Shown here one piece after another: positions 1-8,139 of a stretch of DNA of 61,903 nt. The translations under genes and the position numbers were made by a program. This stretch comes from an uncultured Bacteroidota bacterium (lineage in GTDB: Bacteria > Bacteroidota > Bacteroidia > Bacteroidales > WCHB1-69). The stretch covers positions 1 to 61,903 of the forward strand of contig CACXUB010000002.1 in NCBI GenBank assembly GCA_902770735.1, read 5' to 3'. The notes under the pieces were generated by a model. That model was not told the DNA's origin, ran no database searches, and was given only the letters and a program-made list of their open reading frames with translations. Within the stretch, counting starts at the first letter, position 1. The number at the start of each line of letters is the position of its first letter.

Positions 1-1
1 G

Positions 2-421
2 ATGGCGCTTTGCTACCGGCTGGCTGTCGGCTTTCCCTTGTCGGCAGGCGGCCTCCAGCACGGCCATGAGACGTTCGTTCTCCCACGGTTTCACGATGAA
101 GTCGAACGCACCGCGTTTCATGCCCTCCACGGCGAGCGGCACATCCGCGTAGGCGGTCATCAGCACCACCTGGATGTCGGGGAATTGCCGTCGCAGCTCG
201 GAGAGCCAGTAGAGGCCTTCGTTGCCGGTGTTGATGTCGGTCTCGAAGTTCATGTCGAGCAGCACCACATCGGGGCGGAAACTGCGCACGGTGGAAATCA
301 GCACTTTGGGTGTGCCAACGGTTTCCACCGCCTCGAAGCGTGGCGGCAGCAGGATGTTCAGCGTGGCGCGCACTCCCGCGTTGTCATCCACAACTAATAT
401 TTTGGATTTTAGTTTGGGCAT
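2..421 (-). CDS. Response-regulator receiver domain; 5' part of a gene that continues past the left edge (probably a sigma-54-dependent NtrC-family regulator)
   Basis: Own minus-strand translation from ATG 419-421: MPKLKSKILVVDDNAGVRATLN..PDVVLLDMNF..VVLMTAYADVPLAVEGMKRGAFDFIVKPWENERL (DD / D / T / K receiver motifs). Track ORF 2..397(+) is its antisense shadow. The NtrC type is inferred from context only. Confidence 0.75.
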   Translation of the reverse strand, partial: MPKLKSKILVVDDNAGVRATLNILLPPRFEAVETVGTPKVLISTVRSFRPDVVLLDMNFETDINTGNEGLYWLSELRRQFPDIQVVLMTAYADVPLAVEGMKRGAFDFIVKPWENERLMAVLEAACRQGKADSQPVAKRH

Positions 422-439
422 AATCATTATAACTTTGGG

Positions 440-1579
440 TCAATAGTTCTCACGAAGCCATTCGCTAAAGAAATAGTCATTAATACGATAATGGCCGTCG
501 GTATGAGAAATTATTTCCTTGTCGCGCAACCCTTTTATCGCAGATTGGACGGAGCTGGCAGACTCCAAGGCATGCCGACGTACAAAGTTCCCCGACGTGA
601 CGGAATCCACCACACCCTCTTTGGAAATGGCTTGAAGGACTCTTTTCTGTTTGTCTGACAGGTTGTTAAGTTGAGATTTATATCCCCCTTCCTGTACTTC
701 TGTGATATTTTGTCTCGCCTTTTCTATATCTTCTATAGAACAGTTCCCTCCATCTTCCGTCATTGAAAACAGTTCGTTCATCATCATTTGCATATACCAT
801 GTAACGCCGTCGTAATTCTCGTACACTTGCTCAACTACATCTTTTTCAATAGATTTGCCATATTCAGTGAACAATCGTGTCACAAAATCCGTATAGACCT
901 CCAATTCTAAAGGACGCAAGTCCATCAGTTGTGCGCTTTGATAGAAAGGCTTGGCTTTTGACTGAAACATTTGAGAAATCGTGTGTTGCTTACTTCCACT
1001 AAAAATAAACGATGTTTTGGAGCATTGCTGAATCAATCCTCGCAACAACGCTTCAACACGTTTTTCACGAAATTCCGCCACCTGCTGGAATTCGTCCAAT
1101 GCAAGAACACAAGGATTCTCCGCAGACTCCAGATAGGCAAAAACCTCCTCAAGGGTTGTGGCCGGATTTTCCACAGCACCGATCCCCAATTCAAACTTTG
1201 GCTCACCCGTCAAAGAATCTATCTTGAAACCTGCTCGTAACGACTTGATAATTTGAAAGAAAGATTCAATACGTTTCTCTTTTTGCGACTTGAGCCGCTC
1301 AAAAACAGTCTTGCCCAACAGGTAGCTCATTTCTTGCAAAGATGTCACGGCATAGAGATCTATAAAAAAGGTCTCATAATCGTCAACTAACTTTTGTTGG
1401 CGAAACAAATGTTGTATCAGCCCGGTCTTACCCATGCGGCGCGGCGATACCAGAACCGTATTCCTCCCATTTTCAATCTGCTTAATCAAGAAGTCAGTCT
1501 CCGCATTTCTGTCGCAAAAAAGGGCTTCAGGAATGATCCTCACAACCACGAATGGATTCTTCAAGTTATTGTATATCAT
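440..1579 (-). CDS. AAA+ ATPase of the Arch_ATPase type with a C-terminal DUF234-like winged-helix region
   Basis: 379-aa ORF. Walker A VSPRRMGKTGL, Walker B-like VLALDEFQ, helix-rich C-terminal tail. Lower GC than neighbours. TAATTTTG box directly upstream of the ATG. Confidence 0.7.
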   Translation of the reverse strand: MIYNNLKNPFVVVRIIPEALFCDRNAETDFLIKQIENGRNTVLVSPRRMGKTGLIQHLFRQQKLVDDYETFFIDLYAVTSLQEMSYLLGKTVFERLKSQKEKRIESFFQIIKSLRAGFKIDSLTGEPKFELGIGAVENPATTLEEVFAYLESAENPCVLALDEFQQVAEFREKRVEALLRGLIQQCSKTSFIFSGSKQHTISQMFQSKAKPFYQSAQLMDLRPLELEVYTDFVTRLFTEYGKSIEKDVVEQVYENYDGVTWYMQMMMNELFSMTEDGGNCSIEDIEKARQNITEVQEGGYKSQLNNLSDKQKRVLQAISKEGVVDSVTSGNFVRRHALESASSVQSAIKGLRDKEIISHTDGHYRINDYFFSEWLRENY

Positions 1580-1706
1580 ACTTTTGCAAAATTATCATCC
1601 GAATGATTATTATAATTATAATAATTGCAAAGATAATGATTTTTCCATTTTACAAAAATAAAATTACCGAAAAAAAAACAATTTGGTTGGTGGATTTCTG
1701 TATTCC

Positions 1707-1754
1707 CGCAGATTTCGCAGACTTACGCAGAAAAAACATCTGCTCTATTCTGCG
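1707..1754. repeat. REP-like element: CGCAGA x3 (period 9-10) plus inverted TCTGC copies
   Basis: cgcagatttcgcagacttacgcagaaaaaacatctgctctattctgcg, immediately 3' of permease 1. Confidence 0.6.
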
Positions 1755-1771
1755 AGTTCGGCGGGATAACA

Positions 1772-4165
1772 TCATTCCGTCCTCAACGACTTCACCGGGT
1801 TTACCGTGGCGGCCCGCAAACTCCTTAAAGTGACCACCGCTATGGTAACAGCCAACACCGCAACCAAAGCCACCGCGAACACCCAGACGTGCAGCGGCAC
1901 GCGGTAGGCGAAACCTTCCAAGTAGCGGCGCATCACGAACACACTGACGGGCACGGCAATGACGAAGCAAACCAGCACGATTTTCACGAAGCGGGAGCTG
2001 AACATCGCCAATATCTGCTTCACCGTGGCCCCGTGTACGCGACGGATGCCAATCTCTTTGCGGCGGTGCTCCGTCTCGAACATCACCAATCCGAACACGC
2101 CCATGAGCGAGATGACGATGGCCAAGACGGTGAACAACGTGACCAAAGTCGAGAGGTTGGTTTCTTTTTTGTATTGGTTCACAATGGATTTCCCAAACGG
2201 TCTCACCCAAACCGAGAAGCCATCGTCCATCACAGGGTCCAGATCGTTGAGGGCTTTCAACGTGCGTGCCATTACGGCCGCAGTGTCAACGCCCGCTTCG
2301 GTGCGGATGAAGAGTCGGCAGCAAGGGCTCCACGGCTCCTTGCCGTAGATGTAGAAGGCGAACGGCCCGATTTCGTTGCGCAGCGAGGAGAAGTTGAAGT
2401 CTTTGCAGATGCCCGCAACCTCAGCCGGGTTGCCGCTGTGCCCTTGGATACGGTCTTCGGTGGTGATTCCGTACATTTTCTGCGCCGTTTCGTTGATGAT
2501 ATAGACCCCGTTTTCCGACTGCTCGTCGGCCAGGGTGAAGTCGCGGCCCTCCACGATGTCTATTCCCATGAAGCGCAGGAAGTTCCATGAGACGGGATAG
2601 ACCTGCCAATGCACCTGCTCGCCTTTGAACGGACGGTTCCACGTCATGCGACCGTCAGCCACAAACGGGCCGTCGCCCCAGGCAATCTCCTTGATGGCGG
2701 GATCCGATTTCAGCTGGCTCTCCACGGCGTTGCGGTCGCTGGCAAGTTCAAACGTCAAGTGCGACTGCAGCAAACATTCCTGATTGAACCCCATATCGTG
2801 CTTCATCATAAAACGATGCTGCTCGTGGACGAATATCGAGCAGATAATCAGCACGATAGAGACAGTGAACTGCAAACCGATCAACCCGATGCGGAACGCT
2901 TCACCCTTCTGGTTGCTTCCAAGCGAACCTCGCAGGGCGAAGGCCGGGTTGAACGAGGTGGCGAACAAGGCGGGATAGATGGAGGCGGCCACCGAAATGA
3001 GCAACGCCAAGCCGACAGTCAACGCCACGATGCCCCAGTTTTGGCTGAACGACAACGGGGTGTCGATGAGCGCGGCCAAGGAGGATTGCCGGAACAGCGT
3101 GACTATAGCTATGGCCAACCCCAAGGCGACCGCCACCATCAGCACCGACTCGCCCACCGACGACATCACCAACTGTAACCGACTGCTGCCTAAAATCTTG
3201 CGTGTATTGAGACCTCGTAACCGCAGCGGCACCAACGCCAAGAAGAAGTTGATGTAGTTGATGAAGGCGATAACGATGACGAAGATGGCGATGACCAGCA
3301 GCGTAATCGTTGTGTTGCGGTTGCCCGATTTGCCCGGATGCCCGACATTGTCGGCAAAATAGGTGTCCGTCAGTTTCACTAAATGAGGACTCCAGCCCTT
3401 GTCAAACTCTTCTTTCTCCTTTTCATTCATGCCCTCCAGTTTGATTCCTTGCGCTTTCACCCAATTATCGATGGCAACTGCTTTAGCCGCCGTCTCAAAA
3501 TCCTTCAAATCAGCATCTTCCTTAAGTTTGATGAAATAGTTCCAACCCCATTGGCTCCAGTCGTCCATACCCGCCTCACCCACGTTCAGAATAAAGTCGA
3601 AGGAGGAGAGGTCGCTGTTGACGGGCATATCCTTGTAGATGGCCACCACCGTGACATCCGCCCAATTCCAGTAACCATATTGGAAATGGTCGCCCACTTG
3701 CAAGCCCATGCGTTTGGCTGTCGACTCGGACATCACCGCATCCTTATTACTAATCCAATTGTCCAAGCTGCCGGCAACGAGCTCAAAGCCAAACACATCG
3801 ATGGCGGGCTTGGAGAAGCTGGTGACCCTCAACTCGACGGGCGACTCTCCTTCGCTTGTGCGTGCTGAGACGACATCGCCACCCTTGATGGAAGCGCATC
3901 CGCCCGCTTCAACGCTGGGCACGGCTTTAATGATGGCCTCCGACATCGGGCGGTTGACGAAGGTCATATACGCATCGCCCCCCGACGACCAGTCCGGCAT
4001 AGAGAGACAGTAGATCCGGTCGCTGTCCTTGAGTGCCTTGTTGTAGGTGAGGTCGTGATGCACCTGCACGAGGATAATATAGAGGGCGGCGAAAGCGGCG
4101 GCCAGCCCGACGATGTTGAGGATGGCGGAGACCATCTCGGTTTTGGATTTTTGGATGATTCGCAT
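1772..4165 (-). CDS. ABC transporter permease, double FtsX/MacB-type (paralog 1)
   Basis: 797-aa ORF. N-terminal TM helix, two large periplasmic domains each followed by a 3-4 TM FtsX block. C-terminus ..LRSLRAATVNPVKSLRTE is typical of the FtsX family. Confidence 0.85.
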   Translation of the reverse strand: MRIIQKSKTEMVSAILNIVGLAAAFAALYIILVQVHHDLTYNKALKDSDRIYCLSMPDWSSGGDAYMTFVNRPMSEAIIKAVPSVEAGGCASIKGGDVVSARTSEGESPVELRVTSFSKPAIDVFGFELVAGSLDNWISNKDAVMSESTAKRMGLQVGDHFQYGYWNWADVTVVAIYKDMPVNSDLSSFDFILNVGEAGMDDWSQWGWNYFIKLKEDADLKDFETAAKAVAIDNWVKAQGIKLEGMNEKEKEEFDKGWSPHLVKLTDTYFADNVGHPGKSGNRNTTITLLVIAIFVIVIAFINYINFFLALVPLRLRGLNTRKILGSSRLQLVMSSVGESVLMVAVALGLAIAIVTLFRQSSLAALIDTPLSFSQNWGIVALTVGLALLISVAASIYPALFATSFNPAFALRGSLGSNQKGEAFRIGLIGLQFTVSIVLIICSIFVHEQHRFMMKHDMGFNQECLLQSHLTFELASDRNAVESQLKSDPAIKEIAWGDGPFVADGRMTWNRPFKGEQVHWQVYPVSWNFLRFMGIDIVEGRDFTLADEQSENGVYIINETAQKMYGITTEDRIQGHSGNPAEVAGICKDFNFSSLRNEIGPFAFYIYGKEPWSPCCRLFIRTEAGVDTAAVMARTLKALNDLDPVMDDGFSVWVRPFGKSIVNQYKKETNLSTLVTLFTVLAIVISLMGVFGLVMFETEHRRKEIGIRRVHGATVKQILAMFSSRFVKIVLVCFVIAVPVSVFVMRRYLEGFAYRVPLHVWVFAVALVAVLAVTIAVVTLRSLRAATVNPVKSLRTE

Positions 4166-4180
4166 AATATGATATTTTAT

Positions 4181-4188
4181 TATTTTTG
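4181..4188 (+). promoter_or_regulatory. -7 box (TATTTTTG) for the DUF5674 cassette
   Basis: Lies in the 38-bp gap between the divergent permease-1 start (4165) and ATG 4204. Confidence 0.5.
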
Positions 4189-4203
4189 CCGAAAAAATGA
4201 TTT

Positions 4204-4542
4204 ATGCAGGTACTTACTGAAAAAATATCAAGAGAACAACTTAAAGAATTGGCATCCAATACTTTCATTGATATGATTAAGTGTGTGGCCGATGTGAGAA
4301 AAGGTCTTCTTGCTGTGGACGCAGAGCTCCATGCTGACTTGGAGTCGATGTTACTCGAGAACGGTTCGGAGCAGGAAAATCTTTGGGGTTTCAACCTGTA
4401 TCCAGAAGAAACAGGGGATGACTTCATTGAATTCGACTCCTTAATCAATATCCGTTCTTGGCAAGGCAACCGCAGCCGTGATGTTGAGAATCCAGAAGTC
4501 AGGGAACAAATAAAATCCATCGTTTCAAAATTCGTTGAATAA
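4204..4542 (+). CDS. DUF5674-like small protein
   Basis: 112-aa ORF 16 nt after a TATTTTTG box. Motifs ..GLLAVDAELHADLE..ENLWGFNLYPE..EFDSLINIRSWQGNRSRDVENPEVR resemble DUF5674 as I recall it. Confidence 0.6.
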   Translation: MQVLTEKISREQLKELASNTFIDMIKCVADVRKGLLAVDAELHADLESMLLENGSEQENLWGFNLYPEETGDDFIEFDSLINIRSWQGNRSRDVENPEVREQIKSIVSKFVE

Positions 4543-4865
4543 TGCAGCACGAGACACTCAGTAACGGAGCGTGGGCCGATATGCCCTTTCCAAAACAGAT
4601 GGCCAATATTGGGAGCGAAACTTATCGTGCCACGAAATGGCTCGCCAAGGGCCGTCGCGACAACGCCGAAAAGGCCTTTGAGCGGATGCAGGAGCTCATC
4701 GACCTGACCATCGCATACGGCAGGCTTGGGCAAACCAACCGCAAAGCCCTCCTGAAAGAGCTTTGCCGATTCAGGGAACTCTACTGCGGGGCTTTCCTTG
4801 ATGGGAATTTGGATACCCTTTCCGCGCTCAACCGTTATTTGGACCATTTTGCACATATCAATTGA
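4542..4865 (+). CDS. Hypothetical helical protein, translationally coupled to the DUF5674 gene
   Basis: 107-aa ORF. Its ATG overlaps the upstream TAA by 1 nt (TAATG at 4540-4544). No family recognised. Confidence 0.5.
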   Translation: MQHETLSNGAWADMPFPKQMANIGSETYRATKWLAKGRRDNAEKAFERMQELIDLTIAYGRLGQTNRKALLKELCRFRELYCGAFLDGNLDTLSALNRYLDHFAHIN

Positions 4866-4878
4866 CCTTTTCAAGTAA

Positions 4879-7251
4879 CTACTCCTTCTTCAACGCCTCC
4901 GCCGGGTTCGTCCTCGCGGCGCGGAGCGTTTGCCAGAGGACGGAGAGGAAGGCCAGCAGCAGGGTGACTGCAACCGCCACGACGATGATCCAGCCGTAAT
5001 GTTCGATGCGGTAGGCGAAACGTTCCAAGTATTTGCCGCTAAGCCAGACAGCAATTGGAGTACCGATGATGGCCGCGATTCCGACGAGCATCATATAACC
5101 CTTCACCGTGCGCCACAACTCGCGGCTGACATCGCTGCCGAAGGTTTTGCGGATGGCGATACTTTTCGTGTTCTCGCTACTGTAGTAGGTGCTCATGGCA
5201 ATGAGGCCGAGCAAAGAAATCAAGACGGACAGAAGTGCGAACAACACCACAAGCCGCACGGCCTTTCTGACAGGTATCAAGGATTTGTCCAGCAAATCCC
5301 GCACATAGCCGTTTCGGGCGGGTGGCACCGCAAAACCGTTCTCTTCGGCAGAATACTCCTCGTATGCTTTCATGACCGCCGCTTCTGTTTTCTTGTAATC
5401 TCCTGACACTTCGATCATTAAACCTTCCGCTAACGCAACATCCTCTCTCCGGGCAATGACAATCAACGACTGTGCCTCATTAGCCGAGGAGGCACTTATG
5501 GGGATGTCTTCGTAAACACCTCCAACACATTCCACCTTGGCCCCGTTGAAGTTGAATCTTTGGCTATAATAGTTCATCGAGGAATCGTTCAGAAGCAGTT
5601 TCTCCGCCAACGATTTGGAGAACCATACGGAATTGGGCTTGGGATGCCCGAAATCCTCTACTACATGCAGTCCGAGCTGGTTGAAATAGACATCATCACA
5701 AAGAATGGACCACGCGGTGATTTCCTCACCTTCCATGTCCGGAAAACCGAACATCTGCTGGATTTGCCCGGCGAAACCGCGTCCGCAGCCGACACTCTTC
5801 ACCCCGGGAATGGTCTCCAAACGGTCTATAAGCGGCTGCAGTTCAGTATAGTTCTGGGCGAAAAGCTGAAGCGAATATAGTCCCTCGAAACGGGCGTTGA
5901 GAGGACGGTTGAGCATATAGCGCATCTGCACCTCCATCAGTAGCGCCATGGCAATCATCACAACGGTGATTACATTTTGGAACACAATGAACACCTTGCT
6001 GAACAGCATCTTGTTCCGGAAACGGTAAGTGCCGCGCACAACATCTATGGGTGCGAAACGCGAAGCCAAGCCCGCCGGAGCCAAGCCCGCCAAACAACCC
6101 ACCAGCACAATGACTAAAAGATAGGTCGCGAGATAAGTTGCCGACATGCTTATCTGAATTGCCGTGAACTGCCATGTGTGGAAACTGCCATCACCTGAAT
6201 TTCCCAACAGGCTGTTCACCATAGGGGTCAGTGCCAGAGCCAACAGCAGCGCACCTATAAAACATACTGCTGTAAACGACATGGATTCGAACATATACTT
6301 GAGTACGATTCTGGACTTTTGTGTGCCGAGAAGACGTCTCGTGGCCATCTCCTTTGCCCGTTTTCCCGACAAGGCCATGTTCAGGTTGATGTAGTTGAAC
6401 AACGCGGAGATGAAGAGCATAAGCACCACAACCGATAAAACATGCAGCATCTGCCGATTGCCGCTTTTGAAATGGAACTGGTTTCCGTTGAAAAAGACCT
6501 CTGGCAACGTATGGATGATAAAATCATTGACCAATCCGATGCGGTCGTAATTTTTGTGGCAGATAGTGACTATCTTTTGGGCAAACAGTTCTTTGTCTGT
6601 GCCTTCATGCACCTTGAGCAAGGTAGTGAAATTCCCGACTGAGCTGAAAGGCACGTTCCCGACATGTGTCGGCTCAAATTCCGGGTTGAGGAGGACTTCC
6701 GTGGTCGGCATCATCGAGTTCGTGAAGTCGCGATAGACACCGCAGACCGTGTATTCGCCTGCGTCCTCGAAAAAATAGCGCATCTTGACTTGCTTGCCCA
6801 CAGGGTTTTCACCCAACACACGCTTCGCAAAAGACTCGGACACCAGACACTGCCCTTTCAACCGGTAGGGCTCAAGACTGCCCTCCACCACGGGGTGGTC
6901 TGAGAAAATCTCGAACAGTTCAGGATCCCCATACGTCACAATGGCATTAAAAGGTTCACCTTTATATGTGACAATGGCATCCTCGTCGGTTGAACCTATC
7001 CGGCAGGCCGTCTCCACCTCGGGAATTTCCTCCTCGAAGCAGGCTTTGTCCCACCACGAGAGTCCGAAGAAGTAGTTGTCAGCACTAACGGCATAGACAC
7101 GGTCACCGTCAGGGGTAGAATAGGCGATGGCGTACTGCTGCCACACGTAGCTGCCGATAATGATCACGAACGCGAGGCTCACGACCAGCCCCACCGCCTC
7201 GATGGCGGTATAGAGTTTGTTGCGAGATAGGAATTTGAGATAACTTTTCAT
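4879..7251 (-). CDS. ABC transporter permease, double FtsX/MacB-type (paralog 2)
   Basis: ORF 4879..7269 trimmed to MKSYLKFLSRNKLYTAIEAVGL (ATG 7249-7251), the N-terminus shared by paralogs 2-4. C-terminus ..LRAARTNPAEALKKE. Confidence 0.85.
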   Translation of the reverse strand: MKSYLKFLSRNKLYTAIEAVGLVVSLAFVIIIGSYVWQQYAIAYSTPDGDRVYAVSADNYFFGLSWWDKACFEEEIPEVETACRIGSTDEDAIVTYKGEPFNAIVTYGDPELFEIFSDHPVVEGSLEPYRLKGQCLVSESFAKRVLGENPVGKQVKMRYFFEDAGEYTVCGVYRDFTNSMMPTTEVLLNPEFEPTHVGNVPFSSVGNFTTLLKVHEGTDKELFAQKIVTICHKNYDRIGLVNDFIIHTLPEVFFNGNQFHFKSGNRQMLHVLSVVVLMLFISALFNYINLNMALSGKRAKEMATRRLLGTQKSRIVLKYMFESMSFTAVCFIGALLLALALTPMVNSLLGNSGDGSFHTWQFTAIQISMSATYLATYLLVIVLVGCLAGLAPAGLASRFAPIDVVRGTYRFRNKMLFSKVFIVFQNVITVVMIAMALLMEVQMRYMLNRPLNARFEGLYSLQLFAQNYTELQPLIDRLETIPGVKSVGCGRGFAGQIQQMFGFPDMEGEEITAWSILCDDVYFNQLGLHVVEDFGHPKPNSVWFSKSLAEKLLLNDSSMNYYSQRFNFNGAKVECVGGVYEDIPISASSANEAQSLIVIARREDVALAEGLMIEVSGDYKKTEAAVMKAYEEYSAEENGFAVPPARNGYVRDLLDKSLIPVRKAVRLVVLFALLSVLISLLGLIAMSTYYSSENTKSIAIRKTFGSDVSRELWRTVKGYMMLVGIAAIIGTPIAVWLSGKYLERFAYRIEHYGWIIVVAVAVTLLLAFLSVLWQTLRAARTNPAEALKKE
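5006..5100. repeat. 95-bp tract identical to 10627-10721 (3' ends of permease paralogs 2 and 4)
   Basis: Aligned by hand. Perfect identity over 95 bp inside a ~300-bp high-identity zone (4879-5170 vs 10500-10790). Confidence 0.9.
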
Positions 7252-7254
7252 ATC

Positions 7255-7282
7255 TTCATCACAAGTCACAAATCACAAATCA
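7255..7282 (-). repeat. Heptad array TGATTTG-TGATTTG-TGACTTG-TGATGAA
   Basis: Four 7-mers on the gene strand. The first TGA is the ABC-ATPase stop codon. The array fills the gap to the permease-2 ATG. Confidence 0.85.
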
Positions 7283-7960
7283 CAGTTCCGGCAGCACATC
7301 CTCCACAATCCTGCCGTCGAAGAGGTTGATGATGCGGTCGGCGTAGCCGGCGTCGCGCTGCGAGTGGGTGACCATCACGATGGTAGTGCCCTCGTTGTGC
7401 AGCTCGGTGAGCAGGTCCATCACCTCCTTGCCGTTCTTGCTGTCGAGGTTGCCGGTGGGCTCGTCGGCGAGGATGAGTTTGGGGTTGGCGACCACGGCGC
7501 GGGCGATGGCCACGCGCTGCTGCTGTCCGCCCGAGAGCTGCTGCGGGAAATGCTTGGCCCGGTGGGTGATGGCCATCCGTTTCATCATCGCCGTGACCCG
7601 CTCTTTGCGCTCCGTCGCGCTGATGTTCAGGTAGCGCAGCGGCAGCTCGATGTTCTCATAGACGTTCAGCTCGTCGATGAGGTTGAAGCTCTGGAACACG
7701 AAGCCGATGTTGCCCTTGCGGAACTTGGTGCGCTCCTTCTCCTTCAGGCTGCCGACCTGCTGGCCGAGCAGCTCGTAGGTGCCCTCGGTGGGGTTGTCCA
7801 AGAGGCCGAGGATGTTGAGCAGCGTGGATTTGCCGCAGCCCGACGGCCCCATGACGGCGACGAACTCGCCATCGTTGATGGTGAATGACACCCCGTCTAA
7901 TGCGAGGGTCTCGATGTCTTCCGTGCGGAAGATTTTGGTGAGGTTTTGTACTTGTATCAT
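7280..7960 (-). CDS. ABC transporter ATP-binding protein (MacB/LolD-type NBD)
   Basis: Trimmed to [11 protein letters not shown] (ATG 7958-7960). Walker [10 protein letters not shown], signature LSGGQQQR, Walker [10 protein letters not shown]-loop VTHS. Confidence 0.9.
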   Translation of the reverse strand: MIQVQNLTKIFRTEDIETLALDGVSFTINDGEFVAVMGPSGCGKSTLLNILGLLDNPTEGTYELLGQQVGSLKEKERTKFRKGNIGFVFQSFNLIDELNVYENIELPLRYLNISATERKERVTAMMKRMAITHRAKHFPQQLSGGQQQRVAIARAVVANPKLILADEPTGNLDSKNGKEVMDLLTELHNEGTTIVMVTHSQRDAGYADRIINLFDGRIVEDVLPEL

Positions 7961-7990
7961 ATTGTAAGGTATTATTGATGTTTCGATACT

Positions 7991-8047
7991 CCCAGGGCTC
8001 ACTGCGTTCACCCTTTTTGGAAGCCCAGAGCTCACTGCGTTCGCCCT
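7991..8047. repeat. Direct repeat (2 x 24 bp) CCCAGrGCTCACTGCGTTCrCCCT
   Basis: Copies at 7991-8014 and 8024-8047. On the transcribed (minus) strand each can form a short GC hairpin with the identical loop GAACGCAGTGAG. Confidence 0.75.
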
Positions 8048-8095
8048 GGGTTGACACGTGTCGGGCCTACAGCCCTCTTGGAATATGTCTATAAT

Positions 8096-8122
8096 ATAAT
8101 TCGCATAATTCGTTCAATTCGC
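8096..8122. repeat. 3 x 9-bp repeat ATAATTCGY
   Basis: ataattcgc ataattcgt tcaattcgc, just 3' of the permease-3 stop. Confidence 0.6.
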
Positions 8123-8139
8123 CGATGATTATTAGCCGT

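Noticed and set aside
2-397. 131-aa + strand ORF at the left edge
   Set aside because: The opposite strand translates into a textbook CheY-like receiver domain with a proper ATG at 419-421. The + ORF is Gly/His/Val-rich antisense noise.
4600-4650. Possible sigma-54 -24 element (TGGCACG on the minus strand, about 4625-4631) that could drive permease 1
   Set aside because: There is no GC at the -12 position in any register, no TGTAA-N7-TTACA palindromes and no ACAACCAG box nearby. It is probably a chance match inside a coding sequence.
4542-4865. HEPN-like Rx4-6H motif in the DUF5674 partner (..NRYLDHFAHIN)
   Set aside because: There is a single loose match at the extreme C-terminus with no other HEPN features. 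The upstream protein has no minimal-nucleotidyltransferase GSxxxG..DxD motif. This is not enough to call a HEPN-MNT pair.
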